Below are positions 1 through 12,639 of a DNA stretch of 64,000 nt, one piece after another. The position numbers were made by a program, and so were the translations under genes. Positions within the stretch are counted from its first letter, which is position 1; each line of letters starts with the position of its first letter. Source of the stretch: Malacoraja senta (lineage: Eukaryota); NCBI GenBank assembly GCA_038087875.1, contig CM075988.1:9116001-9180000 (forward strand). The letters run 5' to 3'. The notes under the pieces were generated by a model. It had not been told where the DNA came from and made no database searches. It worked only from the letters and a program-made list of their open reading frames with translations.

Positions 1-204
1 AGGCAAAGGATGGGGCATCTGTTAATGGGGACCAGTCAGAGACAGGTACTGTAGGAGCTCATCCTCCCCTGTGGCTGCACCTGCAGTCATCATGACTTTC
101 TCTAATTCATTCCCTCTTCTCATCTGACTTTCACCTCTCCCTGTTCCTTGAAAATTGTCTCTGCATCCCAATGGAAATGCAAAGTAAACACAAACATAAG
201 AGGG

Positions 205-400
205 GTTTGATCTTCTGAATCAGCCTACCATGTGGGGCTTCATCAAATGCCTCACTGAAATCAATGTAGATAATGTCCACTGCCCTACCTTCATCAATCA
301 CCTTTGTCACCTCCTCAAAAAACTCAATCAGTAAGGCATACCCTGCCTTGGACAAAGCCATGCTGACTATCCCCAATTAGCCAATTCTCTTCCAAATGCC
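205..400 (-). mobile_element. CR1-clade LINE reverse transcriptase fragment
   Basis: ORF 131..376 contains EVTKVIDEGRAVDIIYIDFSEAFDEAPHGRL, the CR1 RT motif (VD..YLDF.KAFD.VPH.RL). Confidence 0.85.
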
Positions 401-1054
401 AGTAAAATGATTTATTGTGTAGGTAAGTGTTGGGTGGAGTTGACAGGCATGTCTGAGAGAATAGATCACGGGGAACTATGGAAGGGAATGGGATTGATGG
501 GATTGTTCTGAGAACCAGAACATACTCAATGGGCCAAATGGCCTCCTTCTAAGATATAGGAAAAGCAATCTACCATTGGATATGTTATAAGAAAATTGAC
601 CTTAATGGACTATGCCATAAATGAATTTAAAACTATGTTGACATTATAATGTCAGAACACTATAAGATGATGTACTGACAAACATTAATATTTCAACAGT
701 GGGTTTCCCTTGATGGATTTTCCAATTTAAAAGCCATTGTAAAGAACATAAAATTGAGTTACTGTCCCAAAGATTATTCATTATTGAGAAATGATGGCAC
801 AACTCTGTTTGTGTCACAGGGTTGAATGACATCGATTGAAAATAAGATTGAAATTTGTCAGTGGGTCTATTATTTGTCCCAGTTAGAATGGGTTGGACAT
901 TTTCAACCTATTCTCAATAAAATTCTCAATTAGGACGCAAAGAAGAAAATCATTGCACTTTAAAATTCATTAGCGTTTAATCCAGTACACATTTCCGCTG
1001 GCTGGGCAAAACGCTGCTGATGAAGTCAATAGGTGATGTGCTCCTGAATGTTCA

Positions 1055-1412
1055 CAAGTTCACCAGTTATAGGACTAGAATTAGACCATTCGGCCCATCA
1101 AGTCTACCGCCATTAAATCATGGCGGATCTATCTCACCCTCCTAACTCCATTCTCCTGCCTACTCCCCATAACCCTTGACATCCATTCTAATCAAGAATT
1201 TGTCTATCTCTACCATAAAAATATCCACTGACGGCTTCCACAGCCCTCTGTGGCAATGAGTTCCACAGATTAACTATCCTCTGACTAAAGAAGCTCCTCT
1301 TCACCTCCTTTCTAAAAGTGCGCCCTTTAATTCTTAGGCTATGACCTCTGGTCCTTGACTCTCCCACCAGTGGAAACATCCTTTCCACATCCACTCGATC
1401 TATGCCTTTCAT
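1055..1412 (-). mobile_element. CR1 (HER1-like) LINE 3' end
   Basis: MKGIDRVDVERMFPLVGESRTRGHSLRIKG...FFSQRIVNLWNSLPQ is the CR1 ORF2 C-terminus, followed by the shared 3' UTR. Confidence 0.9.
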
Positions 1413-2051
1413 TATTATGTTGCAGGCAACAGAAGTAGTTCACATGGTAACTTCAGTCAGATGTTGTGTCCAATCCCTGGTGTAAGTCGCCAGGACCTAT
1501 TTCTGAATTTAGCTTTTTTTACCCTTAGCAACACTAACCTAATTGCCAGTTGCTAAGCAAGATGTGCATGACAGAATGCTCTTTCAAAAGCGAGGTGCTC
1601 TGCCTGAAAAGGTAAAATGTTTGCCAGGTCACAGATGCATCTATCAAGATGACAGTGTCTGCCTTCTAAATGATTTCTCATTTCTCTTTCTTTAGCTCAA
1701 TTACCAGAATTGTCCAGGAGAATTGAAAGAAAAATAAAAACGGATTGGTTCATGTTATTTGTCATTCCAAATTTGGCAATTGTGGCTCTGATCGGTAGTT
1801 ATTAGGGGTTCAAGAAAAGTCCTTGGATTGTCTCAGAAAGAGGTCATTCAATACTCTCTGTTCCATAAGAACTTCTTGGTTTTCTGCTCATGTCCTGATT
1901 TTTGATCTCAACAAATCCTTTGTCAAATTGGCTTTTGACATCAGCTTTGAGTTTTGCATAACAATCATATTGACTGAGTCCAACACTGCCTCTATCTATG
2001 TGCTCTGCAGTCAGAACTCCAGAGAGGGTGATTTTGTTAAAACTCCTCCTC

Positions 2052-2300
2052 AGTTCAGTTCAGTTTAGTTTATTGTCACGTGTACTGAGGTACAGTGAAA
2101 AGCTTCTGTTGTGTGCTAACCAGTCAGCGGAAAGACCATACAAGATTACAATCGAGCCATTTAGAGTGTATAGATACATGATAAAGGAATAACATTTAGT
2201 GCATGATAAACCAGCAAAGTCTGATCAAAGATAGTCCGAGGGTCACCAATGAGGTAGATAGTGGTTCAGGACAGTTCTCTAGTTATGGTAGGATGATTCA
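2052..2300 (-). mobile_element. Rex1/Babar-type LINE 3' end
   Basis: Starts tttagtttattgtcacgtgtactgaggtacagtgaaaag, the same tail as 22440-22800, whose upstream part encodes a Rex1-like C-terminus. Confidence 0.65.
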
Positions 2301-3191
2301 GTCCTTTGTAGATGGGAAGCAGTGAAACCAAACTTGAGTCATCGGGCCTATGTCTGAGTACAGAAACAGAACAAACAGTTAGTCAATAAACAAATGGGAC
2401 AAAATAAAAATCTCAGTCTGTATTAATATCCATCTACAGATAGTGAAGAATAAAATTCTTTATTAGACTAATAAGAGCGCATTAATAATAATAATTGTTT
2501 GAAAGCCAATCTTACATTGGAGTGTAGCTACAAGATTGGACATGTTTTTCCAAGTCTATTACTGTGGAAATGATAAGTAGGGTGTGTTTATATGTAATCT
2601 GAAAGAACTAATTTTATCTTCATGTGTGATTTTGTCAGAGTATTTAGACTTTTTTTCTGCAAAAAAAAATGGTGCTGAGGAAATGTCAAATTCAAGAGAA
2701 TTACAAAGCCACACATTTGGAGTATTGCCGGACGCACTTAGGTTTCTGTACTGGCAGAACCCTTCCCCACATTACAGCAATGAGGTTCTGATTTTCTGCA
2801 GTGACTTTAAAATGAGGGCTTTTAAATTAACGATACATATTTTTATCAATCAGTACTGCAGAAGATTTAACAACAAATGAATGTATTTCAAAAATTCTTG
2901 TATACATATTCTGTTTAAATACTGGAGAAAAGTAGCTCGGAATAAGGAATAATGGAAAAAACTTTTTATTCAGCATAAAATCTGCCGATTAGTTTCCATG
3001 TCAAATAAATCAGAAGGCTGCTAATACTTTAAACATCTCAAACACACAAAGAGCGTGCTATTGTTTCTCAAAAGATATTCTAAAGCACCAAAAATAAATT
3101 GTGTGTTGTACTAACAAGTCTAAGAATATCTTAGATGCCCTCAGTTACCAACTCCCCATCATGTGTGCTCAGTAACCATGGCATTGTGATT

Positions 3192-3362
3192 GAAGATAGA
3201 CACAAAAAGCTGGAGTAACACAGCGGGACAGGCAGCATCTCTGGAGAGAAGGAATGGATGACGGGTCTCGACCTTCTCTCCAGAGATGCTGCCTGTCCCG
3301 TTGAGTTACTCCAGCTTTTTGTGTCTATCTTCGGTTTAAACCAGTATCTGCAGTTCCTTCCT
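3192..3362 (+). mobile_element. Penelope-derived fold-back insert (inverted partial pLTR)
   Basis: Arms gaagatagacacaaaaagctggagtaac...ctggagagaagg / ccttctctccag...gtgtctatcttc; flanked by gcattgtgat(t/c)gaag at 3181 and 3365. Confidence 0.75.
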
Positions 3363-4344
3363 CTGCATTGTGATCGAAGTTCTTCAGCGTTAGTTCTGCT
3401 TTGTCAGTGGTGCGTCATGAAGGGATGACTTTGTGGAGGTGTGGGTGCAAGCAACAGCGGTCAGGCCGACTCAGCTCGTGCATGGCGAATCTGCCCCCAT
3501 ACCTTGGAGGTCATTGCCAGTTGGAAAGTTGCCCTGGGTCAAAGAATGGTGATGGCCAATTGGGTGGCCTGAACGTGTGTGAACAAGCGGCCGATGAATG
3601 GACAGTGGGTACAGGCTGGAGTTGGGTGTGAAACAGAACAGTTGCATAGGGAATGAATGGCATTCCCTGGTGAAGGCAAGAGGAGGCTGCTGGAAGGTGT
3701 GAAAGGGGAGGATGTTGAAAGAGAGGGAAAGAAAGTAATAATTCGGGAAAGTGGACAGTGATGGGGATAATGATGGTGGGACACTGAAGAAGGGAGTGAT
3801 CAATGCAGGAGAGGTGATTAGAGGAGCTGAGGAAGACTGTGCAGAGAAAGTCATGCATGTTTGTATTTGCGGTCAGAGATTTCCGTGTCTTTGTTTGTAC
3901 AGTATGTGTGTACAAGCATGTGCGTGCGCGTGAGTGCATTTGGTAAGCGTGCACTAAATTTCAGAGCCAGTTCCCTAATCAGCTTCAACCCCTTTGACAA
4001 TGAATCAAGACATTGATCTACCAAGACTATCTGACAATTAGGGCGCAATTATGAACTTCCACTAAAACAAATCATGTACAGGCCTTCAACGTTTTGGAAC
4101 TGGTGTGGAGAAGGTCATCATGTCCAGAGTTATTGCCTGAAGAGGAAGATCTGTGGTTACTGTTTCCAAGGACGGAATCCATCTTCCTCATCCCAGCTGC
4201 CTTAAGGCAATGAAAGTTCTTGCCGAAAACTGGTTCAGCCACTGATCAGTAGGTTTGGTTGCCTCTCCTCCTGTCCACGATTCCCAACATTCACAATTCT
4301 ATTCTAACTATTCCTGACCCACTTCTGGCTGATATTATTTTCGA

Positions 4345-4655
4345 GTTGTACAGAATGGAAACAGGCTCTTCGGTCCACCGAGCCCATGCTGACTGTCGAC
4401 CATCTTTCACACTAGTTCTATGTTGTCCCACTTACGCATCCACTCCCGTCACACTAGGGGCGACTTACAGAGGCCAATTAACCAGCAAACCTGCACTTCT
4501 TTGGAATGTGGGGGAAAGCGGAGCGCCCGGTGGAAACCCATGCGGTCGCAGGGAGAACGTGCAAATTCCACTCAGACAGCACCTGAGGTCAGGATCGAAC
4601 CCAGATCTTTGTCGCTGCGAGGCAGCGGCTCTACCAGCTGTGCCACTATGCCGCC
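4345..4655 (-). mobile_element. HE1-type tRNA-derived SINE
   Basis: Reverse complement has a tRNA-like head (tggcacagctgg...ggttcgatcc), the central cccacattccaaaga domain and a CR1-like tail. Confidence 0.8.
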
Positions 4656-4824
4656 TTTGTCGTATTGTTAAGGACTCTCTCTCTTTAGGGATTGCTTCCC
4701 ACTATTTTCACCAGCCCTTCCCTCCAGAAAACAAACGTCAGCTCCACTATTCTTGCAAATTCCAACCCCATCTCTTTCTTTTGCAGAGAACTTGAACACA
4801 TTGAGGAAGCCAGCATCCAAATTT

Positions 4825-5348
4825 CCCCTGACATCAGTCTGAAGAAGGGTCCCGTCCCGAAAAATCTCTTGTTCCATCTCTCCAGAGATGCTGCCTGTCC
4901 CGCCTAAACCAGCATCTGCAATTCCTTCCTATGCATTGTGATTGAAGTTCCCTACTCCCGGTAGCTGAGCACTTCAACTCCCTCTCCCATTCCCAATCTG
5001 ACCTTTCTGTCCTGGGCCTCCTCCATTGTCAGAGTGAGGCCCAGCACTAATTGGAGGAACAGCGCCTCATATTTCACTTGGGTAGTTTACACCCCAGCGA
5101 TATGAACATTGACTTCTCTAACTTCAGATAGCCCTTGCTTTCTCTCTCCACCCCCTCCCCCTTTCCAGTTCTCCCACCAGTCTTAATGTCTCCGCCTACA
5201 TTCTATCTTTGTCCCGCCCCCTCCCCTGTCATCAGTCTGAAGAAGGGTCTCAACCCGAAACGTCGACCATTCCTTCTCTCCAGAGATGCTGCCTCACCCG
5301 CTGAGTTACTCCAGCATTTTGTGTCTATCTGTAGTTCCTTCCTACACA
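4825..5348 (+). mobile_element. Penelope-like element fragments: GIY-YIG endonuclease C-terminus, 3' UTR and pLTR
   Basis: 4961-5131 translates VAEHFNSLSHSQSDLSVLGLLHCQSEAQH*LEEQRLIFHLGSLHPSDMNIDFSNFR*, matching the PLE GIY-YIG end (V..HF....H...E..LI..L....P.G.N); followed by pLTR sequence. Confidence 0.85.
5237..5264 (+). ncRNA. Minimal hammerhead ribozyme motif in Penelope pLTR
   Basis: CTGAAGA-A-GGGT(ctca)ACCC-GAAA-CGTC gives the CUGANGA core, a 4-bp stem II, GAAA, a palindromic ACGU stem III and a GUC site. Stem I is weak. Confidence 0.65.
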
Positions 5349-5749
5349 TCGACATTTTCCTTATCCTTATGCTTGCTCTGATCAGGTTTTCAGTCCTGCC
5401 ACCGTTCTGAGGCGCCCATGTAAATAACAAGTCACATTGCTTACAGCCTTGACTGTGATAAATTACCTTTCCTAATTATTCTTCGTTTCTCAGTAGCCTT
5501 TGACACAGTTGACCATTCCATCCACCTTCAAAGTCTCTCCTCCATTTTCCGATTGGATGGAATAGCTCATGCCAGTTCTTATTTACATAAGCAAAGACAA
5601 AAAATGTGCCATTTATATAAATGTATTTCTGCATAGTTTAATTTTCTGCTTTAAAAGCTTGCCCATAAAGACCTAATTTTGCCATCCTATTTTTCATTTA
5701 GATGTCAATCCTTGGTAATATCGTTTGAAGATACAGCATTGTATTCATG

Positions 5750-5936
5750 GAAGATAGACACAGAATGCTGGAGTAACTCAGCGGGTCAGGCAGCATCTCT
5801 GGAGAGGAATGGAAGGCGTTTTGGCTCAAAACGTTACCCATTCCTTCTCTCCAGAGATGCTGCCTGACCCGCTGAGTTGCTCCAGCATTTTGTGTCTATC
5901 TTCGGTGTAAAACAGCATCTGCAGTTCCTTCCTACA
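5750..5936 (+). mobile_element. Penelope-derived fold-back insert
   Basis: Same inverted arms as 3192; degenerate flanking duplication cattgtattcatgga / cattatgttcacgga. Confidence 0.75.
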
Positions 5937-6355
5937 CATTATGTTCACGGAGCCTAATGATGCTCAGCCTTATCTCATTAGCTCCATGGACCACACCACG
6001 GGCTCAGCGTTGTCACACTGTTTAACTGATATCCAACACTGAATATATTTAAACTTCCTGCAATTAAATGTGGAGAAACTGAAGCTATTGTCTTTTGCAC
6101 CTGCTACCAACGCAGCTTCCTATTGTAATGAGTGGAAAGTCTGGATGGCGCTAATTTAATGCACATATTTAAAGGTAGAACAGAGGCATAAACTAAAAAC
6201 CACAACCCAACTTTACTGGTGCCAAAATATCCAGCCAATAATCTTGCATAAAATTAATTGGATTTGGATTAGCATGGGCTAATCAATGAAATGATTTTTT
6301 TATTGACAATGTTTGATGACTGGATCAAGTTTATACAGTCTTGTCAGAAGTGCTC

Positions 6356-6762
6356 GGAGCAGAATTAGGCCATTCGCCCATCATGTCTACTCCGCCATTC
6401 AATCATGGCTGATCTATCTCTCCCTCCATTCTCCTGCCTTCTCCCCATACTCTTCTCTGACACCCGTACTCATCAAGAATCTATCTATCTCTGTCTTAAA
6501 AATATCCATTGACTTGGCCTCCACAGCCTTCTGTGGCAAAGTAGTCCACAGATTCACCACCCATTGACTATAGAAATTCCCCCTCACCTTCTTCATAAAG
6601 GAATGTCCTTTAATTCCTAGACTCTCCCACTAGTGGAAACATCCTCTCCACATCCACTCTATCCAAGCATTTCACTATTCGGTAAGTTTCAATGATGTGC
6701 CCCCTCATCCTTCTAAACTCCAGCGAGTACAGGCCCAGTGCCGTCAAACGCTCATCATATGT
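6356..6762 (-). mobile_element. CR1 LINE 3' fragment
   Basis: ORFs 6610..6828 (YDERLTALGLYSLEFRRMRG) and 6414..6596 (VVNLWTTLPQKAVEAKS). Confidence 0.9.
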
Positions 6763-8119
6763 TTTATGATGAAGAAATGGAAAGGGTTGTTGAAATAACC
6801 TGCTTGATGTTTGGCTTGTGAACTTCAATAGTCATTTGATGAACTACAATATGGATTACGTAGCAAAATTAATGTACATAAAAAACATTTATCATGGTGT
6901 GCACAGAATTAGGCGGTGGGCAGAGAGTGGTGCTCAATTGTGGGTGTTTCAGATCTGAGAAAGTACAGACTTGTGTACGATGTGGGTAGTGTTGTATCTT
7001 GTTCTAAGCTCTTTGCCAATTATATGTACTGTATCTCTTTTGGAAACTAATTTGGTTACTATTATATAGTTTAGTGATCCAGACATAATTTCTAAGTTGC
7101 AGATGATATGAAACCCAGAAATGTAGTAAGTGGGAAGGATCGTAACAGAAGGCCACAGACAGACTGGTTAAAAACTGTAGGCAGATGGCAGGTGAATTTA
7201 ACAGAGAGAGGTGTGAAGTAACATTTTGTGAGATATAATACAAAATAAATGACCTACTTCTAAAGGCAGTGTAAGAACAGGGAGACTTGCAAGCTAATGT
7301 ATAAATCATTTAAGATGACAGTACAGTGGGAAAGATTTTTTTTTTAAATGGAGAGTCATTGACTTCATTTTCAATGAATAGATAACAAAAATAAGGAACA
7401 TATTACGGTTGGTTGGACCTTAGCTGGAGAATTATATTTTAATTCTGAGCTCCCTGTAAATTAGGGGCATTTTTAAAATACAGATCAATTAATGTACAAG
7501 CTCGCACATCTTTGGGATGTGGGAGGAAAGCAGGGGAAACCCATGCAGCACAGGGAGAATGTGCAAATCCAACAGAGACAACACCCAATGACAGGATCGA
7601 ACCCTGGTCTCTGGCACTGCATCACTCTACCGTGCTGTGTGGTCGGGTAGAAATCTCAAACCCTGAAAAGTGGGTGGAATATGGGGATCGTACACAAAAG
7701 GACACAAAGTTCTTGTGTAACACCGCGGGTCAGGCAGCATCTCTGCGGAACATGGATAGGTGACGTTTTGGTCAAGATCCTTCTTCATGTTGTGTGTGAA
7801 CTCTGGAGGGGACATTTTCTGATTCATTGTAAGAGATGGACTCTCCTGTCAGACAGAACATTGAAAGTGCTTCATGTTCCCATAACCCCAAACACAACCG
7901 GCCATTATTGAAGCTCCAAGGAAGGTTAAACTTATCAGCCAACTGCTATACCTCGGTGCACGTGACACTAAACTAAACTAAACTAAAAAATGATTGATTG
8001 TTTAAGAAGGAACTGCAGATGCTGGAAAATCGAAGGTAGACAAAAATGCTGGAGAAACTCAACAGGTGAGGCATCAACATCAATCTAAGCCAATGTAAAT
8101 TAAAACCAAGGATGAAAAG

Positions 8120-9008
8120 GTCATAAGTGATAGCAGAATTAGGCCATTCGGCCCATCAGGTCTACTCTTCTATTCAATCATGACTGATCTATCCCTCCTA
8201 ACCCCATTCTCTTGCCTTCTCCACAAAACCCCTGACACCCGTACCAATCAAGAATCTATCCATATCTGCCTTATGTACGTTTCAATGAGTTCCCCATCAT
8301 TCTTCTAAACTTCAGCGAGTATATGCCCAGTGCTGTCATATACCCATCATATGTTAACCCACTGATTTCTGGGATCCTCTTGACCCTCTCCAGAGCCAGC
8401 GCATGCTTCCTCAGATTTGGTGCCCAAAATTGCTCACAATACTCCAAATGCGTCCTGACCAGTGCTTATAGAGCCTCAGCATTATATCCTTGATTTTGTA
8501 TTCTAGCCCTCTTGAAATAAATGCCAGCATTGCATTTGCTTTATTTACTACCAATTCGACTTGCAGATTAACTTTTTGTGAATCCTGCACCATCATTCCT
8601 AAGTCCCTTTGCACCTCTGATTAAAGGATTCTCTCCCTATTTAGAAAATAGACTATGCCTTTATTCCTACTACCAAAATGCCATGACTCCACTATTTGCT
8701 ACACTATATTCCATCTGCCACTTCTCTGCCCACTCTCCCAACCTGTCCAAGTCTTCTGCAGAGTCCCTGCTTTCTCTACACTACCTGCCCCTCCACCTAT
8801 TTTCGTATCATCCGCAAACTTTGACAGAAAGCCTTCAATCCTCTCATCCAAATCATGAATATCCAACGTGAAGAGCAGCGGCCTCAGCACCGAGCCCTGC
8901 GGAACTCTGCTAGTCACAGGCAGCCAACCAGGAAAAAGCCCCCTTTATTACCACTCTTTGCCTTCAGCCATCCAGCCAACCTGCGATCCATGCTAGTATC
9001 TGCCCTTT
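8120..9008 (-). mobile_element. CR1 LINE RT and 3' end, decayed
   Basis: ORF 8699..8917 has VPQGSVL.PLLF and SKFADDTKIGG; ORF 8411..8614 has QRDLG...KANAMLAFISRG. Confidence 0.92.
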
Positions 9009-9037
9009 AATGACTGATATACAATTGCATTACTTTA

Positions 9038-9340
9038 GGTTTTAGTTTAGAGATACAGCATGGAGTCCACGCTGACTATTGGTCACCCATTCACACACTA
9101 GTTCTATGTTATCCCACTTTCTTATTCACACTCTGCACACTAGGGGTAATTTATAGAGGGCAATTAACCTACCAACCCGCAAATCTTTGGGATGTGGGAG
9201 AAAACTGGAGCACACAAAGGAAACCCACACGGTCACCGGGAGAGCATGCAAACTCCACGCAGACGATGCCCGAGGTCAGAATCGAACCTGGGTCTCTGGC
9301 CCTCTAAGGCAGGAGCTCTATCAGCCGTGCCACTGCGCCA
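9038..9340 (-). mobile_element. HE1-type SINE
   Basis: tttagtttagagatacagc tail and tRNA-like head on the minus strand. Confidence 0.8.
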
Positions 9341-9721
9341 TCCTGTTCATGTATTGTTCATGTATCGGTTGCAATCTGCAGTTGAAATCAATTGAGTAAA
9401 AAAACAGCTTGCATTTAGAACTCACCTCAAGATATCTAGTTTGCGGCTTGACCTAAAACGTTGACCATCCATGTCCCTCCACAGATACTGACTGACCCGT
9501 TTACTTCCATCAGTTGTTGGTTTTGTGCTCAAGATTCCCCAGCATCTGCAGTCACTTATTTCTCCAGCTTGCTGTACACTAGTTTGGAAGTGCATTGAAT
9601 ATTGCATGGTATGAATTGGAGTCAATATTCACACAATGTGATCTTATAAACAACATTCTCTCTCACTTTCTCGGAAAAAAAGGTGTGAAGGAGATTCACA
9701 GTAATTTGCAAAAGTTAATTA

Positions 9722-9754
9722 AATATATATATATGCTGTATGTGTACATATATA

Positions 9755-9797
<43 letters not shown>

Positions 9798-9955
9798 TAT
9801 TTTTGGTGTACCTTGTGTGTTATGACTGTCGGCAGACCAATTTCCCTCCGGGGATGAATAAAGTTTTATTGTATCGTATTGTATATAGATATATATGTGT
9901 GTGTGTATTTATATAAATATATTTATATATTCATATATATTTATATATATAAATA
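9722..9955. repeat. (TA)n/(TG)n microsatellite region
   Basis: Runs of tatatata and tgtgtg. Confidence 0.85.
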
Positions 9956-10969
9956 AAACAAAAGTCAGTGCCATGGGGAATGAGTTTGAGAATGGCTTTA
10001 ATCGGATAGCACCTTCAAAGAGCTGCCACAGGCATGGTACCTAATGTCCTATGTGGTGGGATTTTTTTTTTCATCTTTCTTTCTTCATGCCGATACTCTG
10101 CCACATGCATTATGCCACTATTATTTTGCCAAATGCTGCTGGCTGAAATTCCAATGCTGCTTCCAGATAGCATAGACACAGCAAAATTATTTAGAGACCT
10201 TAAGAATGGCTGATATCCACTTCATTCTTGGACGGCTATTGAAAGAAGAAGCTACTCTGGGAAGATATCTGAATCCATTAAGAACCAGCAGCGCAGCTGT
10301 TCCAAGACTATGTTTGCTTGGTAAACTATGTTCTGTCTTGAACTGAGTTGCAGGTTGAATCACAATGTAGGCATCTTGCATGTTGCCAAATCAAAATCAA
10401 ACAGCTACTTCCACAATTTTCTGCTTGTGATCACACACCATCTGTGCCTCAAATGAGCAGTGACACTGATTATCGTGAAATAGAACAAGAGGAATGATTC
10501 ATGTGCAGAAGGTATTGCTTTGTCCTAATGGTTATCAAAGAAGATGCATCTCTCTATTCAGCAATCACGGTGGTATTAACAAAGGGGGGGGGGGGGGGGG
10601 AGGCACGTAATCTGTGTAATATAGATGTTAGAAGAAGAAAGAAGAGACAGCAGATGCTGGAATATGGAGCAACAAGCCATCTGCTGAAGCAACTCAATGG
10701 GTCGAACAGCATCTCTGAAGGAAAATTGACAGCCAATACCCCTGCAGAGGTTTAACCAGATTTATAATAAGTCCCTTGCTTTTGTAAGTCAAAGTAAAAT
10801 ATTCTGAAAGTTTTTATTTTTAAATGCTTTCCCATTGTTTTGTCATCAAAATGATTTATGAATTCTCTTGCAAGTCTCCCTGGATTGGAAGAGTAGAGGG
10901 GAGAAAGTTAGTGTGAAGAGGTGATGGGGAAGTGTGAAGCAAGAGCTGGCAAGTGGTAGGTGAAAAAAA

Positions 10970-11540
10970 AAATACAGGAAGTGCAGAAGTAATTCAGCAG
11001 ATCAGCAGCATCCTTGTAGAACATGGATCGGTGGCATTTCGGGTCGGGATCTTTCCTCATTCTGAAGAAGACTCCCAACCTGCAGCATCACCCATCCATC
11101 TTCACCAGAGATGCTGCCTGGTCTGTTGAATTACTCCAGCATTTTGTGTATCTAATGAGAGGAATGTGTGGGTGATGGACAGAAAGGGAGAGTGGTTGAG
11201 TGTAAAGTGGGTGGTAGGGGACTGAGAGGTGGGGGATGTTGAAGGGTGAGAGGATGTGGGGTGATCAATAGGAGATAAAGGGACAAAGTTGGAGCAGGTT
11301 ACTTGAAATTGGAGAATTCAAGGTGCATGCTGTCGAGTTGCAGACCACCCAGACGGAAGAGGAGATGTTGTTCTAGTTTGCATTTGGTGCCACCTGGCAG
11401 TGGAGAAAGCTGTGGAAGGAAGGTTGGGGTGGGAATGGGAAGAAGAATTTAAATGATTTGCAATGGGAGCTCCAGCTGGCCCTGGCAGACAGAAAGCAGA
11501 ACAATCACCTCATCTACAATTGGTCTCACCAATGTAGAGA
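10970..11540 (-). mobile_element. Old Penelope-like fragment with nested fold-back insert
   Basis: ttacttgaaattggagaattcaa... is the reverse complement of the GIY-YIG end (N.EFSNFK*); hairpin pLTR at about 10985-11152. Confidence 0.65.
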
Positions 11541-11924
11541 ACAGAACAGCATAGAATCAGGCCCTTCAGCCCACAATATGAAAATTGAATGGATGATATC
11601 TGTTGACAAAATGAAATCAGGAAAAAAAGATAAGAATATTATTTGCATAGTCCAAAATATTACCGGAATGTCACATGAAGAGCACCAAATGCAATAGACA
11701 TGTTTGGAGAAGACGTTAGGAGCTTTGTGTCAGTAACTTGTAGCCTTGCTTTGGAGTCAGTATATTGTAGAAGAAGATTGGAATCCAAAGAGGGGGCTAA
11801 CAGTACAATATTGCAGGAGCACTATCTTATTGGTGGTGTGGTTTTTTTTCCATACAAAAACTAAATAAGAACCTATATGCCTTGAGCATGATGTAAATAG
11901 TATGATGTTCAAATAAATAATTTC

Positions 11925-12320
11925 AAGGCTGGAGTTTTGAAGGATGTGGGGACCTCATTGAAACTTACTGAATAGTGAAAGGCTTGGATAGAGTGAATGT
12001 GGAGAGGATATTTCCATTAGTGGGAGAGTTTAGGACCTGAGGGCACAGCCTCAGAATAAAATAGAAAGGAGATGAGGAGGAAGTTCTTTAGTCAGAGGCT
12101 GGTGAATCTGAAATTCATTGCCACAGACTGCTATGGAGGCCAAGTCATTGATTAGTAACCCTTGATTAGTAACCTTTCTTGATTAGTAAGGGTGTCAGGG
12201 GTTACTGGGAGAAGGCAGGAGAATGGTGTTGAGAGGGAAAGATAGATCAGCCGTGATTGAATGGTGGACAGACTAGATGGGCTGACTTGCCTAATTCTGT
12301 TCCTATGACTTATGAACGTG
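11925..12320 (+). mobile_element. CR1 LINE 3' end
   Basis: Similar to the reverse complement of 45170-45600. Confidence 0.85.
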
Positions 12321-12639
12321 ACAGAAATCAATAGGTGAATTATTGAGGCGGAATGCACTACTATGTGGATCATTTAGCAGCAGAGATAATCTGTTGATTA
12401 TAGAACTGATTACATTCCACGCACGGAAGCATAATTTTTAATTTTATTTTAATGTCTAGAGTAATCTGAAATTGGTCTTACAGAGGACAAATTACTTTAC
12501 ATTTGCTGAGTTTTTAAGTAACAAGCATGTCTGTGTTCGGGATTATGGGAAGACTGTGTGCATTGTGTGCCTACACTCCAATAAACTAAACTACAGTCTA
12601 AAGGTTATTTTTAGATGATTATTACTCAAGACATTACTC

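Noticed and set aside
3192..3335. Hairpins as pre-miRNAs or classical MITEs
   Set aside because: The arms are Penelope pLTR sequence with an asymmetric extension and long variable duplications; there is no expression evidence.
4259..4795. 178-aa ORF
   Set aside because: It mostly reads through the antisense of an HE1 SINE.
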